Source: Gammaproteobacteria bacterium
GTDB lineage: Bacteria; Pseudomonadota; Gammaproteobacteria; UBA4575
Reading direction: 5' to 3'
NCBI GenBank assembly: GCA_013001685.1
Contig: JABDMD010000100.1
Span: 12,731 to 76,730 of the forward strand
Length of the DNA: 64,000 bases
The notes under the pieces were generated by a model. That model searched no databases and was not told where the DNA came from. It was given only the letters and a program-made list of their open reading frames with translations. Below, one piece after another: positions 1 through 8,574 of this stretch. Position 1 is the first letter of the stretch; every line of letters begins with the position of its first letter. Position numbers and translations under genes: made by a program.

Positions 1-767
1 CAATCGAATACTTAGCGGGCTTACCTTCAAAAGTATACAACTGGGGCTCTGAATCTTTATCGGGTCGTAATAAATTGCTGCGTAACAATGCTGAACTACG
101 AGCAGAACAAATTCGTCTTGAGTTACAACTACAAAAGCTTGCAACCTTAGAACAAGAAAACACTCGTCTGCGTGAAATGCTCACTTCAGCAAAATACTTT
201 GAAAAAGAACGCATACTAATAGGCGAACTTCTTTCGGTTGATTTAGACCCTTATCAACAACGTATCGTAGTCAACAAAGGTACAAGAGATGGCGTGTATG
301 AAGGACAGCCTTTGCTAGGTGCAAGAGGCATTATCGGACAAATAGATAAAGCCGGGCCTTTTAATTCCGTTGCAATACTAGTGTCCGACCCGAATCATGC
401 GTTACTTGGCGTAGTTGCACGCAGCGGACAGCGTAGTTTAGTCGTAGGCACCGGCAACATTCAGCAACTAGAGTTATTACACTTAACCAGTACGGCCGAC
501 ATACAAATTGGTGATTTAGTAATTACCTCAGGCTTAGATGACCGTTACCCATCCGATTACCCGGTAGCCGAGATTACAAGTATCAAACAAGTATCAGGTG
601 ACCCCTTTGTTAAAGTCGAAGCAAAACCACTCGTAGATTTAAACAGTATCCGAGAAGTACTTTTAATTTGGCCAAGCGCAGCAGATGCAGACTATAGTGC
701 AGAAAACAGTGTTGAAAATACTACCGACAATAATGTTGCAGAGCAGAAATCAGGTTCTCGTAATTGA
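1..767 (+). CDS. mreC: Rod shape-determining protein MreC (5' end lies outside window)
   Basis: The frame is open from the window edge (nt 3 frame) to the stop at 765-767. A coiled-coil stretch LRAEQIRLELQLQKLATLEQENTRLREML is followed by VVNKGTRDGVYEGQPLL and ITSGLDDRYPSDYPVAEI, typical of MreC. mreD follows 20 nt downstream. Confidence 0.85.
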   Translation, partial: IEYLAGLPSKVYNWGSESLSGRNKLLRNNAELRAEQIRLELQLQKLATLEQENTRLREMLTSAKYFEKERILIGELLSVDLDPYQQRIVVNKGTRDGVYEGQPLLGARGIIGQIDKAGPFNSVAILVSDPNHALLGVVARSGQRSLVVGTGNIQQLELLHLTSTADIQIGDLVITSGLDDRYPSDYPVAEITSIKQVSGDPFVKVEAKPLVDLNSIREVLLIWPSAADADYSAENSVENTTDNNVAEQKSGSRN

Positions 768-787
768 TTGAAATTTGATACAAATTA

Positions 788-1270
788 ATGAATAACTCTT
801 CCGACTTTTTCACCATAGTTGTCACCTTTATAGTGGCAATGATGCTAATGATCATGCCATTACCAGACTGGGCACGTTCATATAGACCCGAATGGATTGC
901 ATTAGCGCTTATCTATTGGAACATTGCTGTGCCGAAAAAAGTCGGTGTTGGTATTGCTTGGATGTTGGGCCTATGTGTAGACGTCATTCAAGGCGCTTTA
1001 CTTGGGCAACATGCGCTAGGTTTTGCTATCACTGCCTACATTGCCATTCGTTTTCATCAACGTGTACGTGTATACCCATTACACCAACAAGCCATGTTCG
1101 TCGGCATGATTTTACTGCCCTACATGAGCATTTCATTATGGATTTTAGGTATCTTAGGAAAAGACCCTAAGACCTGGGTCTATTGGGCACCTGTAATAAC
1201 TAGTGTTCTAGTTTGGCCGTGGATATTTTTGGTATTACGTGCAGTGCGTAAAACCGCTTCAATATATTAG
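788..1270 (+). CDS. mreD: Rod shape-determining protein MreD
   Basis: 160-aa polytopic hydrophobic protein immediately after mreC. Size and position are canonical for mreD. Confidence 0.8.
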   Translation: MNNSSDFFTIVVTFIVAMMLMIMPLPDWARSYRPEWIALALIYWNIAVPKKVGVGIAWMLGLCVDVIQGALLGQHALGFAITAYIAIRFHQRVRVYPLHQQAMFVGMILLPYMSISLWILGILGKDPKTWVYWAPVITSVLVWPWIFLVLRAVRKTASIY

Positions 1271-1318
1271 TTTTAAAAAGCATTCTGATTATAGTTTTTC
1301 ATTCAAGACTTCTTCAAA

Positions 1319-1388
1319 TGGCCAGGATGCAATTTTCAGTGTATTTTTGGTTTTACGAGCAGTAAGAAAATCCACATCAATATATTAA
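1319..1388 (+). repeat. Degenerate duplicate of the mreD 3' end (matches 1214-1270)
   Basis: Hand alignment gives 1343-1388 vs 1225-1270 at 37/46 identical nt. In frame it reads VFLVLRAVRKSTSIY-stop, against IFLVLRAVRKTASIY-stop in mreD. Confidence 0.7.
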
Positions 1389-1436
1389 AAATTAGCCAAT
1401 CTTCATCCTCACCCATTTGAATTATAATTTTAGGAA

Positions 1437-1454
1437 CGAATCATATCTGATTCG
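1437..1454. terminator. Short hairpin between convergent mreD and the dynamin-like gene
   Basis: cgaatca-tatc-tgattcg is a 7-bp stem. There is no strong U-tract on either strand. Confidence 0.3.
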
Positions 1455-1461
1455 GCAATAT

Positions 1462-2880
1462 TCACATATCCTTGCGTTCACCAGATGGATTTGTGTATTC
1501 ATCATTCAATGTTTGCACAAAACGATTAGCTGCTTCGCGAATTTTTATAAGTTTTTCACGCGCATTTTTGTTCCAACCCACCACAAATGGACGTGCTAGC
1601 GGTTGCCACCAGCGTGTGTTATGCAAGAAACCATTGCGAACACTTCCTGATAATTCTTTTTCAGGCAAAGATTTTGCAACCCATTTAGCGACAAAACTTC
1701 TTACAAAAAGATGTATAACTAACAACAGTAAAAGCGCCAAAAAAATGGCAGATATCAGCCCTGTTTTACCAAAACTATCAAACGCTGTTCCAGTTCCTAT
1801 GTGTTTGATGAAATAAAGTAACATCGCTAAAAAAACAGGAAACAGCACAAGAACATCTATCAACAACACTCGTTTTACCCAAGTACTTGTAGCTTCGCGA
1901 ACCCTTGGAACGATATTATTTTCAATTTGGTTTGCAGTATTTTCTAACGAACCGATAATACGATAGACACGTTCCACACTGACTTCTGAAATGCGTTGGT
2001 ATATTTCACCTAAGTCTGCATCACGTTTGCGTTGATAGCGCTCACGCAAAGCTTTGTCTTCAATATGCACTGCCACATCTTCATTATAGGTTGCATAAAA
2101 ACGACCACTAACTAATCCACCCGAAGCGAGTGCGCGTTGCCAGGCAGCGACGACTTCTTCTGCATTATCTTCACCCGCAGTGGTATCGATTTGATTAAGA
2201 ATAAATAACACTTTATTCGAATCATTACGGCGCACAGTTCCAGCAACCAAATGCTCGAGTGTGTCGCGCATTGCACCTGGTTCTGGGTGGCGCGCATCAA
2301 ATAACACTAAAACTAAATCAGATAAATTAATAATGTGATCAGTAATTCGCAAGGTTGATGTGCGTTGCGCATCTGCATCAAAGCCTGGTGAATCTATGAA
2401 GATTTTACCTTTGATTAAATCCGTTGGGCAGGTTTTGAGTTGTAAGTAGGTATCAATTCGTGAACCTTCACCTGCGGATACTTTTTCTATCTCATCACTA
2501 ATTTGATAAAACGGAAAACGTGGGTCTGCATCCAAGGCTAAACCAGGTAGCACTCTTACTTTGTCATCACTGCTGTAACAAATTACTGTAAACCTATCGT
2601 CAACCGCTTGGTTACCTGTTTTTTGTAAATCTGTTTGCACATAGTGGTTGATAAATGTGGACTTACCAGCGGAAAAAGTACCTAGTACCGAGATCAATGG
2701 CCACCAAGAAATATCGGTGGTGTAAGACTCTTTACTAGTGAGTATGCCCAGTTTGTATGCAAGCTTATCGAGCTCACAAAAATGATCCACTACATCAACT
2801 AGTAGTGGGTTTTCGTTTTTGATATGACTGCGAAGGCTTTTTATTCTTGCCTTAAGATTGGCATCGGGCCCAGTGAGCAT
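1462..2880 (-). CDS. Dynamin-family GTPase with C-terminal membrane hairpin
   Basis: P-loop GTFSAGKSTFIN, G3 DSPGFD and G4-like LNQID. Two hydrophobic helices lie near the C-terminus (LLIDVLVLFPVFLAMLLYFI, ISAIFLALLLLLVIHLFV). Confidence 0.75.
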   Translation of the reverse strand: MLTGPDANLKARIKSLRSHIKNENPLLVDVVDHFCELDKLAYKLGILTSKESYTTDISWWPLISVLGTFSAGKSTFINHYVQTDLQKTGNQAVDDRFTVICYSSDDKVRVLPGLALDADPRFPFYQISDEIEKVSAGEGSRIDTYLQLKTCPTDLIKGKIFIDSPGFDADAQRTSTLRITDHIINLSDLVLVLFDARHPEPGAMRDTLEHLVAGTVRRNDSNKVLFILNQIDTTAGEDNAEEVVAAWQRALASGGLVSGRFYATYNEDVAVHIEDKALRERYQRKRDADLGEIYQRISEVSVERVYRIIGSLENTANQIENNIVPRVREATSTWVKRVLLIDVLVLFPVFLAMLLYFIKHIGTGTAFDSFGKTGLISAIFLALLLLLVIHLFVRSFVAKWVAKSLPEKELSGSVRNGFLHNTRWWQPLARPFVVGWNKNAREKLIKIREAANRFVQTLNDEYTNPSGERKDM

Positions 2881-2983
2881 TTAATGTCCTATTAAATGAA
2901 GCTATGAATATTTCTGGTAGTTATTGTCGCATATAGGTCGCCATCTGCAAGCTGCGACACGCACTTAATTCTCTCATAAATCC

Positions 2984-3973
2984 TTACGGAGTCTGACGAT
3001 GGTGCATATTTTTCAATTGTTTTCTAAATTTTTTACATGGATCTTCGTTTGTATGGCTAGGGGTAAAATATAAAATATCGTATAGCGCAGAGTCATTTTG
3101 CAAATACGCCTGAGGATCATCCTCACCCTCTTGTACAGAAACAAACGCAACCGATAAATATGAAGTTTGCTTATAATTTCTTCGTAACTGCATAGGAACA
3201 GCATAATCATTTCTTACATGTCCACTACCTGCGATAAAAACTACTGGAAGATCTTTCCCCTGCAACGATGTAGCCATAATACGATCGCGTTGCATTTGCG
3301 CACGCGACATGAAATTTACAAATCCTTGATTGGCATGGCCGCAATGGGAATCAATAATATTCTTCTTTAGCACTGTAAAATTATCTTCGGTATAGAAATA
3401 CTCATGCAGTAAAGTTGTTTTTTTATCATCACCTTGATCATTAGACCAACGATGCAATTCATCGCTGCTTATATTTCCTGCATATAATTTAAGCTGATGT
3501 CGTGTAATTGACTTCAATATCGGTACATACAAATCCCAAGGCCAGCCACTATTCAACATAGTTGCCAGTTGTTTTAATTCATCATGCTTACTCCACGTTT
3601 GCGGCTGATCTTGCCAGGTTTGCTGCGACAGCATTTCCATCACCACTGTTGGTTTTGCACCTGCACTTACTAATGAATTGATAATTTTAGCTTGTAATAT
3701 GTGATGGTCTGCATTGGTATGCGCTTCACCTAAAAGTATATAGTCGTAATACAACAACTCTTTATCAAACTGCTTGCTGGTTAGCCATTTATTCTTGTGA
3801 GTATCCCATATTTTCCCTACTAGTTTGTGATCTTGAAAAAAAGGTGATTCCCAGTCCATTGAACCTTGCTTAGCTGTTACACTGCCTTGGAAAACCAATA
3901 ACATCAGTAACAAAACATTCAAAAAATGTTTCCAGAAATGTTTAAAAATATTTACCGTCAATAATGTATTCAT
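2984..3973 (-). CDS. ChaN-family (haem/iron-associated, Tiki-like) secreted protein
   Basis: LLGEAHTNADHH and AGSGHV motifs are typical of ChaN-like proteins. I chose the start at M18 (MNTLL...) because it gives a signal peptide (LLLMLLVFQGSVTA) and avoids overlap with rnd. Confidence 0.6.
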   Translation of the reverse strand: MNTLLTVNIFKHFWKHFLNVLLLMLLVFQGSVTAKQGSMDWESPFFQDHKLVGKIWDTHKNKWLTSKQFDKELLYYDYILLGEAHTNADHHILQAKIINSLVSAGAKPTVVMEMLSQQTWQDQPQTWSKHDELKQLATMLNSGWPWDLYVPILKSITRHQLKLYAGNISSDELHRWSNDQGDDKKTTLLHEYFYTEDNFTVLKKNIIDSHCGHANQGFVNFMSRAQMQRDRIMATSLQGKDLPVVFIAGSGHVRNDYAVPMQLRRNYKQTSYLSVAFVSVQEGEDDPQAYLQNDSALYDILYFTPSHTNEDPCKKFRKQLKNMHHRQTP

Positions 3974-3974
3974 A

Positions 3975-5078
3975 ATGGAATTTAGAATATTAACCACAAC
4001 ACAAGAGTTAGAGGCGTTCTGCAAAGCATCACACGATGTTGATTGGCTAGCGCTTGATACAGAGTTTATACGTGAAAGGACCTACTATCCAAAATTATGT
4101 TTGGTACAAATTGCCTCAGAACGGGACATTGTATGTATAGATACAATCGCTATTAATGACCTCTCATCGCTGAGAAAGCTATTATATCAGCCCTCTATCA
4201 CTAAAATTTTTCATTCAGCAAGCCAGGATCTAGAGATATTTGTAAATCTTTATGACGAAGTACCTACCCCGATGTTTGATACACAAATTGCAGCCAGCCT
4301 CTTAGGCTATGGTGATCAAGTTAGTTATGCGCATTTGGTTAATGAAATTTGTAGTATTGAACTTGATAAATCACTCTCTCGCACAAATTGGGAACGAAGA
4401 CCACTATCAGAAAAAGAGATTAGGTATGCAGTAGATGATGTTAAATACTTAGCAAAAGTTTACTTACATTTAAATGATGAACTTACCGAACATCAACGCA
4501 GTCATTGGGCTGAATTTGAGTGCAACAATTTATCTGCTCTAGAAAAATATAACGTTGATGCAAGCAAGATTTGGAAAACGGTTAAAGGTGTAGGCAAACT
4601 AGAACCCCATCAGCTAATAGTACTCAAGCAGCTTGCTCGATGGCGCGAACTTCAAGCTATTACCGAAAACAAGCCGCGCCGTTGGATTTTAAATGACAAA
4701 GCTTTGCGTAATTTAGCAATCGAACAACCTAGAGACCTAGATACATTGCAAGTATTAGAAGATATCAACAGCGAACACATGGGATACGCAACAACACTTT
4801 TAGATGAGATTAAACAAGCTCAAAATATTCCTGAGGCTAATTGGCCCGAGACTAACTTTATTGGCCCATTAAGCAATGAACAACGCAAGTTAGTAAAACA
4901 AGCACAATCCTTTATTCGTGAAAGAGCAGAAGAACTAAATATTTCACCAAGCCTATTAGCTACACGCAGTGTGGTTGAAAAGTTAATTCGTGGGAAAAGA
5001 GAGTTAGATATCTTATCTAGCTGGAAAAAGGACCTTATAGGCAATGAGCTTGTAGAATTTATTGAATCAAACACCTAA
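3975..5078 (+). CDS. rnd: Ribonuclease D
   Basis: The N-terminus LALDTEFIRERTYYPKLCLVQIA and the DEDD exonuclease motifs (HSASQDLE, YAVDDVKYL) are followed by an HRDC-like C-terminal part. At 367 aa it is the size of E. coli Rnd. Confidence 0.9.
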   Translation: MEFRILTTTQELEAFCKASHDVDWLALDTEFIRERTYYPKLCLVQIASERDIVCIDTIAINDLSSLRKLLYQPSITKIFHSASQDLEIFVNLYDEVPTPMFDTQIAASLLGYGDQVSYAHLVNEICSIELDKSLSRTNWERRPLSEKEIRYAVDDVKYLAKVYLHLNDELTEHQRSHWAEFECNNLSALEKYNVDASKIWKTVKGVGKLEPHQLIVLKQLARWRELQAITENKPRRWILNDKALRNLAIEQPRDLDTLQVLEDINSEHMGYATTLLDEIKQAQNIPEANWPETNFIGPLSNEQRKLVKQAQSFIRERAEELNISPSLLATRSVVEKLIRGKRELDILSSWKKDLIGNELVEFIESNT

Positions 5079-5079
5079 G

Positions 5080-5205
5080 GAAGCTCTGATTTAAACTGAA
5101 ATTTCGTTAAAAGAACTTTCGAAATACACATGTGTATTCTATACACTACACTTTCTCATTCTCTATTTACCTAATATCAGCCGCTTCACTAATAAATCAG
5201 AGCTT
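5080..5205. repeat. 14-bp inverted repeat pair flanking about 100 bp of structured spacer
   Basis: gaagctctgattta (5080-5093) is the exact reverse complement of taaatcagagcttc (5192-5205). The spacer holds internal small palindromes (atttcg..cgaaat, acacatgtgt). Confidence 0.5.
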
Positions 5206-5287
5206 CTAAATACTCTGTCAGCTAATATTTTATTTATATGGCGTTAGCGATATAGCGTAAAAAAGTACTTAATAGATAATTGCCAAT

Positions 5288-5533
5288 ATGACTACTGACG
5301 AAATTCAAAAGTTAATCGAAGCCGGTGTGCCTGACTCAAAAGCCATGGTAAGTGGTGGTGAAGGTAAATATGAAGCAATTGTAATTAGCGAAAGCTTTGC
5401 TGATTTGAGCATGGTTAAAGAACATCAAATGGTCTATGCGACCGTTAAACCACAAATCGCTAGTGGTGAATTACATGCTTTGAGCATCAAGGCTTTTACA
5501 CCTGAAGAGTGGGAAAAAGAACAGTCTAAATGA
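5288..5533 (+). CDS. ibaG: BolA-family protein (IbaG/YrbA-like)
   Basis: 81 aa. The C-terminal HALSIKAFTPEEW resembles the BolA signature. Confidence 0.7.
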   Translation: MTTDEIQKLIEAGVPDSKAMVSGGEGKYEAIVISESFADLSMVKEHQMVYATVKPQIASGELHALSIKAFTPEEWEKEQSK

Positions 5534-5535
5534 TT

Positions 5536-5562
5536 TAAGGCGTTTCATTAAAAAACGTCTTA
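5536..5562. terminator. Hairpin between the convergent BolA-like and cytochrome c genes
   Basis: ttaaggcgtt / aacgtcttaa stem (one G-U pair) with a 7-nt loop. A/T runs lie on both sides. Confidence 0.45.
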
Positions 5563-5585
5563 GTTTAATTCATTATCAGTCTAGA

Positions 5586-5963
5586 TTAGTGTTTAGACTC
5601 GTCATCGATATTTACAACTGACAAACCTGTCTGGCCTGCATAAAACGCAGCAACGTTTTTCATTTCTTCTTCACTTAGCGCTGCAACAATTCCCGCCATA
5701 ATGGCATTTTTACGATCGCCATTCTTATAAGATTTTAAAGTATGCAACATATAATCAGCATGCTGGCCTGCAATACGTGGGAAATTTGGTGTTAGGCTAT
5801 TACCATCTTCGCCATGACAAGCTACACATTGCTTTGCTACTTCCGCACCACTTTTTGCTGGCGCTGCGTCATGACTTGATTCATGAGCTTCTTCTGATGC
5901 AAAACTTGAGGCAGTTGCCACAACAAATATACTAACGATAATATTGATGAATAATTTTTTCAT
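5586..5963 (-). CDS. Monohaem class I cytochrome c (c4-half-like), secreted
   Basis: Signal peptide, a single CVACH haem site, and a GQHADYMLHTLKSYKNGDR segment like cytochrome c4 domains. Confidence 0.8.
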   Translation of the reverse strand: MKKLFINIIVSIFVVATASSFASEEAHESSHDAAPAKSGAEVAKQCVACHGEDGNSLTPNFPRIAGQHADYMLHTLKSYKNGDRKNAIMAGIVAALSEEEMKNVAAFYAGQTGLSVVNIDDESKH

Positions 5964-6003
5964 GATTTAACTTCTAAATTTAATTTGTAAGAAATATATA
6001 TAC

Positions 6004-6327
6004 TTATTGAAGTGACTGAAAGTAGGCACCAATATCGGCCATATCTTCTTCACTCATACCTGATGACTGTGCCTGCATCGTGCCATGACTACGCTCGCCC
6101 GATTGGTATCCTTTAAGTGCAGCAACAATATAATCAGCATGCTGGCCACCTAACCTAGGTACATGGTAAGTTGGATATACATTTGTATAGCTAGGTACTC
6201 CGTGGCAACCCAAGCAAGTTTCTGCTTTCAGTTTTCCTTGTTCTACATTGCCTGCTGCAAAACTTGCAGATGAAGCAAACAAACCTAAAGCTATAATCAA
6301 TGATGTGGTGCGTAATAATAAACGCAT
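6004..6327 (-). CDS. Monohaem class I cytochrome c (c4-half-like), secreted
   Basis: Signal peptide, a single CLGCH site, and GGQHADYIVAALKGYQSGER paralogous to the neighbouring gene. Confidence 0.8.
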   Translation of the reverse strand: MRLLLRTTSLIIALGLFASSASFAAGNVEQGKLKAETCLGCHGVPSYTNVYPTYHVPRLGGQHADYIVAALKGYQSGERSHGTMQAQSSGMSEEDMADIGAYFQSLQ

Positions 6328-6471
6328 AGCTGATACTCTCCGTAGAAGTTATTTGGCTAAAAATTGGTCGCTAATTATACCTAGTTTACAAGCAATATGG
6401 ATCTCTCCTTTTGGACAAGCCATTAATATGGCAATGTATATAAGTTTATAAATGACATATAACAATCATTA

Positions 6472-6954
6472 ATGGTGTACTACGAAAACTTAAACTCTAA
6501 CTCAGTTAAAGAGCTGTTAAGCCATTACGGTATAGAAATAATTTGTTCTGAATCCGGAGCTGAGATTCCACACAGCTTTTGGGGAACCCCCGAAGCCGGA
6601 CGCAAAAAAAATCGGCTATATATATGCGAAGATACTCCGATCCACTCGATTCTGCATGAAACCTGTCACTATGTATGCATGCCAGCTAAGCAACGCACAC
6701 ACGAGCTGGTCGATGCAAAAGGGTCGGCAATGGAAGAAAATGCTACCTGCTACCTACAAATCTTGTTAGCTGACCATATAAACGGCTATAGCCGCTCCCA
6801 ACTGATGGAAGACATGGATGCCTGGGGCTATAGTTTTCGGCTTGGCTCAGCACATGCGTGGTTTATCCATGATGCTGAGGATGTGTGTAAATGGCTGCAA
6901 AAACATCGAATAATCAAAGCAAATAATGAGATCACTTGGACTCTCAGGCAATAG
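6472..6954 (+). CDS. Hypothetical protein with HExxH motif
   Basis: 160-aa ORF containing LHETCHYV (HExxH). I recognise no family. Confidence 0.45.
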   Translation: MVYYENLNSNSVKELLSHYGIEIICSESGAEIPHSFWGTPEAGRKKNRLYICEDTPIHSILHETCHYVCMPAKQRTHELVDAKGSAMEENATCYLQILLADHINGYSRSQLMEDMDAWGYSFRLGSAHAWFIHDAEDVCKWLQKHRIIKANNEITWTLRQ

Positions 6955-7299
6955 CAACTAAAGCCATTTTTATACATTAAAGATTGACATCGGATCTAAT
7001 TATTCATAGCATTTTTATAGCTAGCAACACAGCTGGTTATTAAGTCGCTGCTTTAATTCAACAACTTGCAGGGCGACTCAAAAATACTGCTAAAGCGATG
7101 GCCGTCCTCAAAGCTTCTAGGTCGAGTCAGCGTCTAAATAATCTGAAGCTGAAGACGGATCAATGGTTAAAACAATCCTCTCTTTACAATTTGAGAATAC
7201 ATTTGGCAATACAAAAAGTTGTAATGCTGAATACTCATCCCAAAGAGTAATATATGTAACTTTTAGATCCGCCTCATAAAAAAATAGAGGTATTAAAAT

Positions 7300-8574
7300 A
7301 TGAAAATCGAAACTCAAGCTATACATAGTGGCTACACTCCAGAGCCCACTACTAAAGCCGTTGCTGTTCCCATTTACCAAACTACATCCTATGCATTTGA
7401 TGACACACAGCATGGTGCAGATTTATTTGATTTAAAAGTCGAAGGCAATATTTATACACGCATTATGAACCCCACCACTGCGGTGCTCGAACAACGTGTA
7501 GCAGAAATGGAAGGTGGTGTTGGTGCACTAGCATTATCGTCTGGCATGGCTGCAATTTCGTATGCAATTTTTGCTTTAGCAGAACAAGGCGACAATATTG
7601 TTTCAGTAGCTACTTTATATGGCGGTACCTATAATTTCTTTGCACATACTTTACCGAAGCTTGGTATTGAAGTTCGCTTTGTAGATTATCGAGACATGAA
7701 CGCTATGGATGCGGCAATTGATGACAATACCAAAGCGGTATTTTGCGAATCACTAGGCAATCCTGCTGGAAATGTTATCGACTTAGAAGCATTAGTAATG
7801 GTTGCGCACAATAAGGGAGTTCCGGTAATGGTGGACAATACTGTCCCCACACCTTACTTATGTAGACCTTTTGAATTTGGTGCAGATGTTAGTATCCACT
7901 CACTAACCAAATACATGGGTGGACATGGTACTTCTATTGGTGGAGTCATTGTCGATTCTGGAAACTTCCCATGGGAAAAACACAAAGAACGTTTTGCTGT
8001 TTTGAATAAGCCTGACCCTTCTTATCATGGCGTGGTGTATACCGAAGCATTTGACAAGGCCGCTTTTATTGGCCGGGTGCGCTTAGTGCCTTTACGCAAT
8101 ATGGGTTCGGCTATTTCCCCCATGAACAGCTTTTTAATTTTACAAGGCATTGAAAGTCTTGCAGTGCGCATGGATAGACATTGTGAAAACGCTTTAGCTG
8201 TTGCGCAATATTTAGAAAAGCATGAGTTTGTAACCTGGGTAAGTTATGCCGGACTCTCTTCACATTCTGACCACAAACTCGCACAAAAATACTTTCGTGG
8301 ACGTGCTTCTGGAATTTTAAGTTTTGGCATCAAAGGTGGCATTGAAGCGGGCACTAAATTCATAGACGCACTTAAACTCATTGTGCGGCTAGTAAATATT
8401 GGTGATGCTAAATCGCTAGCTTGCCACCCTGCCACCACCACGCACAGACAACTCTCTAAAGAAGAGCAAGCTGCAGCTGGCGTAAGTGAAGATTTAGTGA
8501 GGCTTTCAATTGGTATTGAGCATATAGACGATATATTGGAAGATATTGAGCAAGCCTTAAATCAAGCCAGGTAG
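7300..8574 (+). CDS. metY: O-acetylhomoserine sulfhydrylase (PLP-dependent)
   Basis: The N-terminus ETQAIHSGYTPEPTTKAVAVPIYQTTSYAF and the PLP-lysine region SLTKYMGGHG are typical of MetY/MetZ-type Cys/Met-metabolism enzymes. Confidence 0.9.
   Translation: MKIETQAIHSGYTPEPTTKAVAVPIYQTTSYAFDDTQHGADLFDLKVEGNIYTRIMNPTTAVLEQRVAEMEGGVGALALSSGMAAISYAIFALAEQGDNIVSVATLYGGTYNFFAHTLPKLGIEVRFVDYRDMNAMDAAIDDNTKAVFCESLGNPAGNVIDLEALVMVAHNKGVPVMVDNTVPTPYLCRPFEFGADVSIHSLTKYMGGHGTSIGGVIVDSGNFPWEKHKERFAVLNKPDPSYHGVVYTEAFDKAAFIGRVRLVPLRNMGSAISPMNSFLILQGIESLAVRMDRHCENALAVAQYLEKHEFVTWVSYAGLSSHSDHKLAQKYFRGRASGILSFGIKGGIEAGTKFIDALKLIVRLVNIGDAKSLACHPATTTHRQLSKEEQAAAGVSEDLVRLSIGIEHIDDILEDIEQALNQAR

Noticed and set aside
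892-1170. 92-aa ORF in an alternative frame within mreD
   Set aside because: It is fully nested in mreD on the same strand. The translation is Cys/His/Arg-rich and looks like no known protein.
3959-3980. AT-rich ATAAT…ATAAT sequence at the ChaN-like start as a Fur box
   Set aside because: Aligned by hand, it matches the 19-bp Fur consensus poorly. It coincides with two start codons.
7117-7413. 98-aa minus-strand ORF spanning the metY start
   Set aside because: It overlaps the well-supported metY N-terminus and the leader. It has no motif and no plausible RBS.
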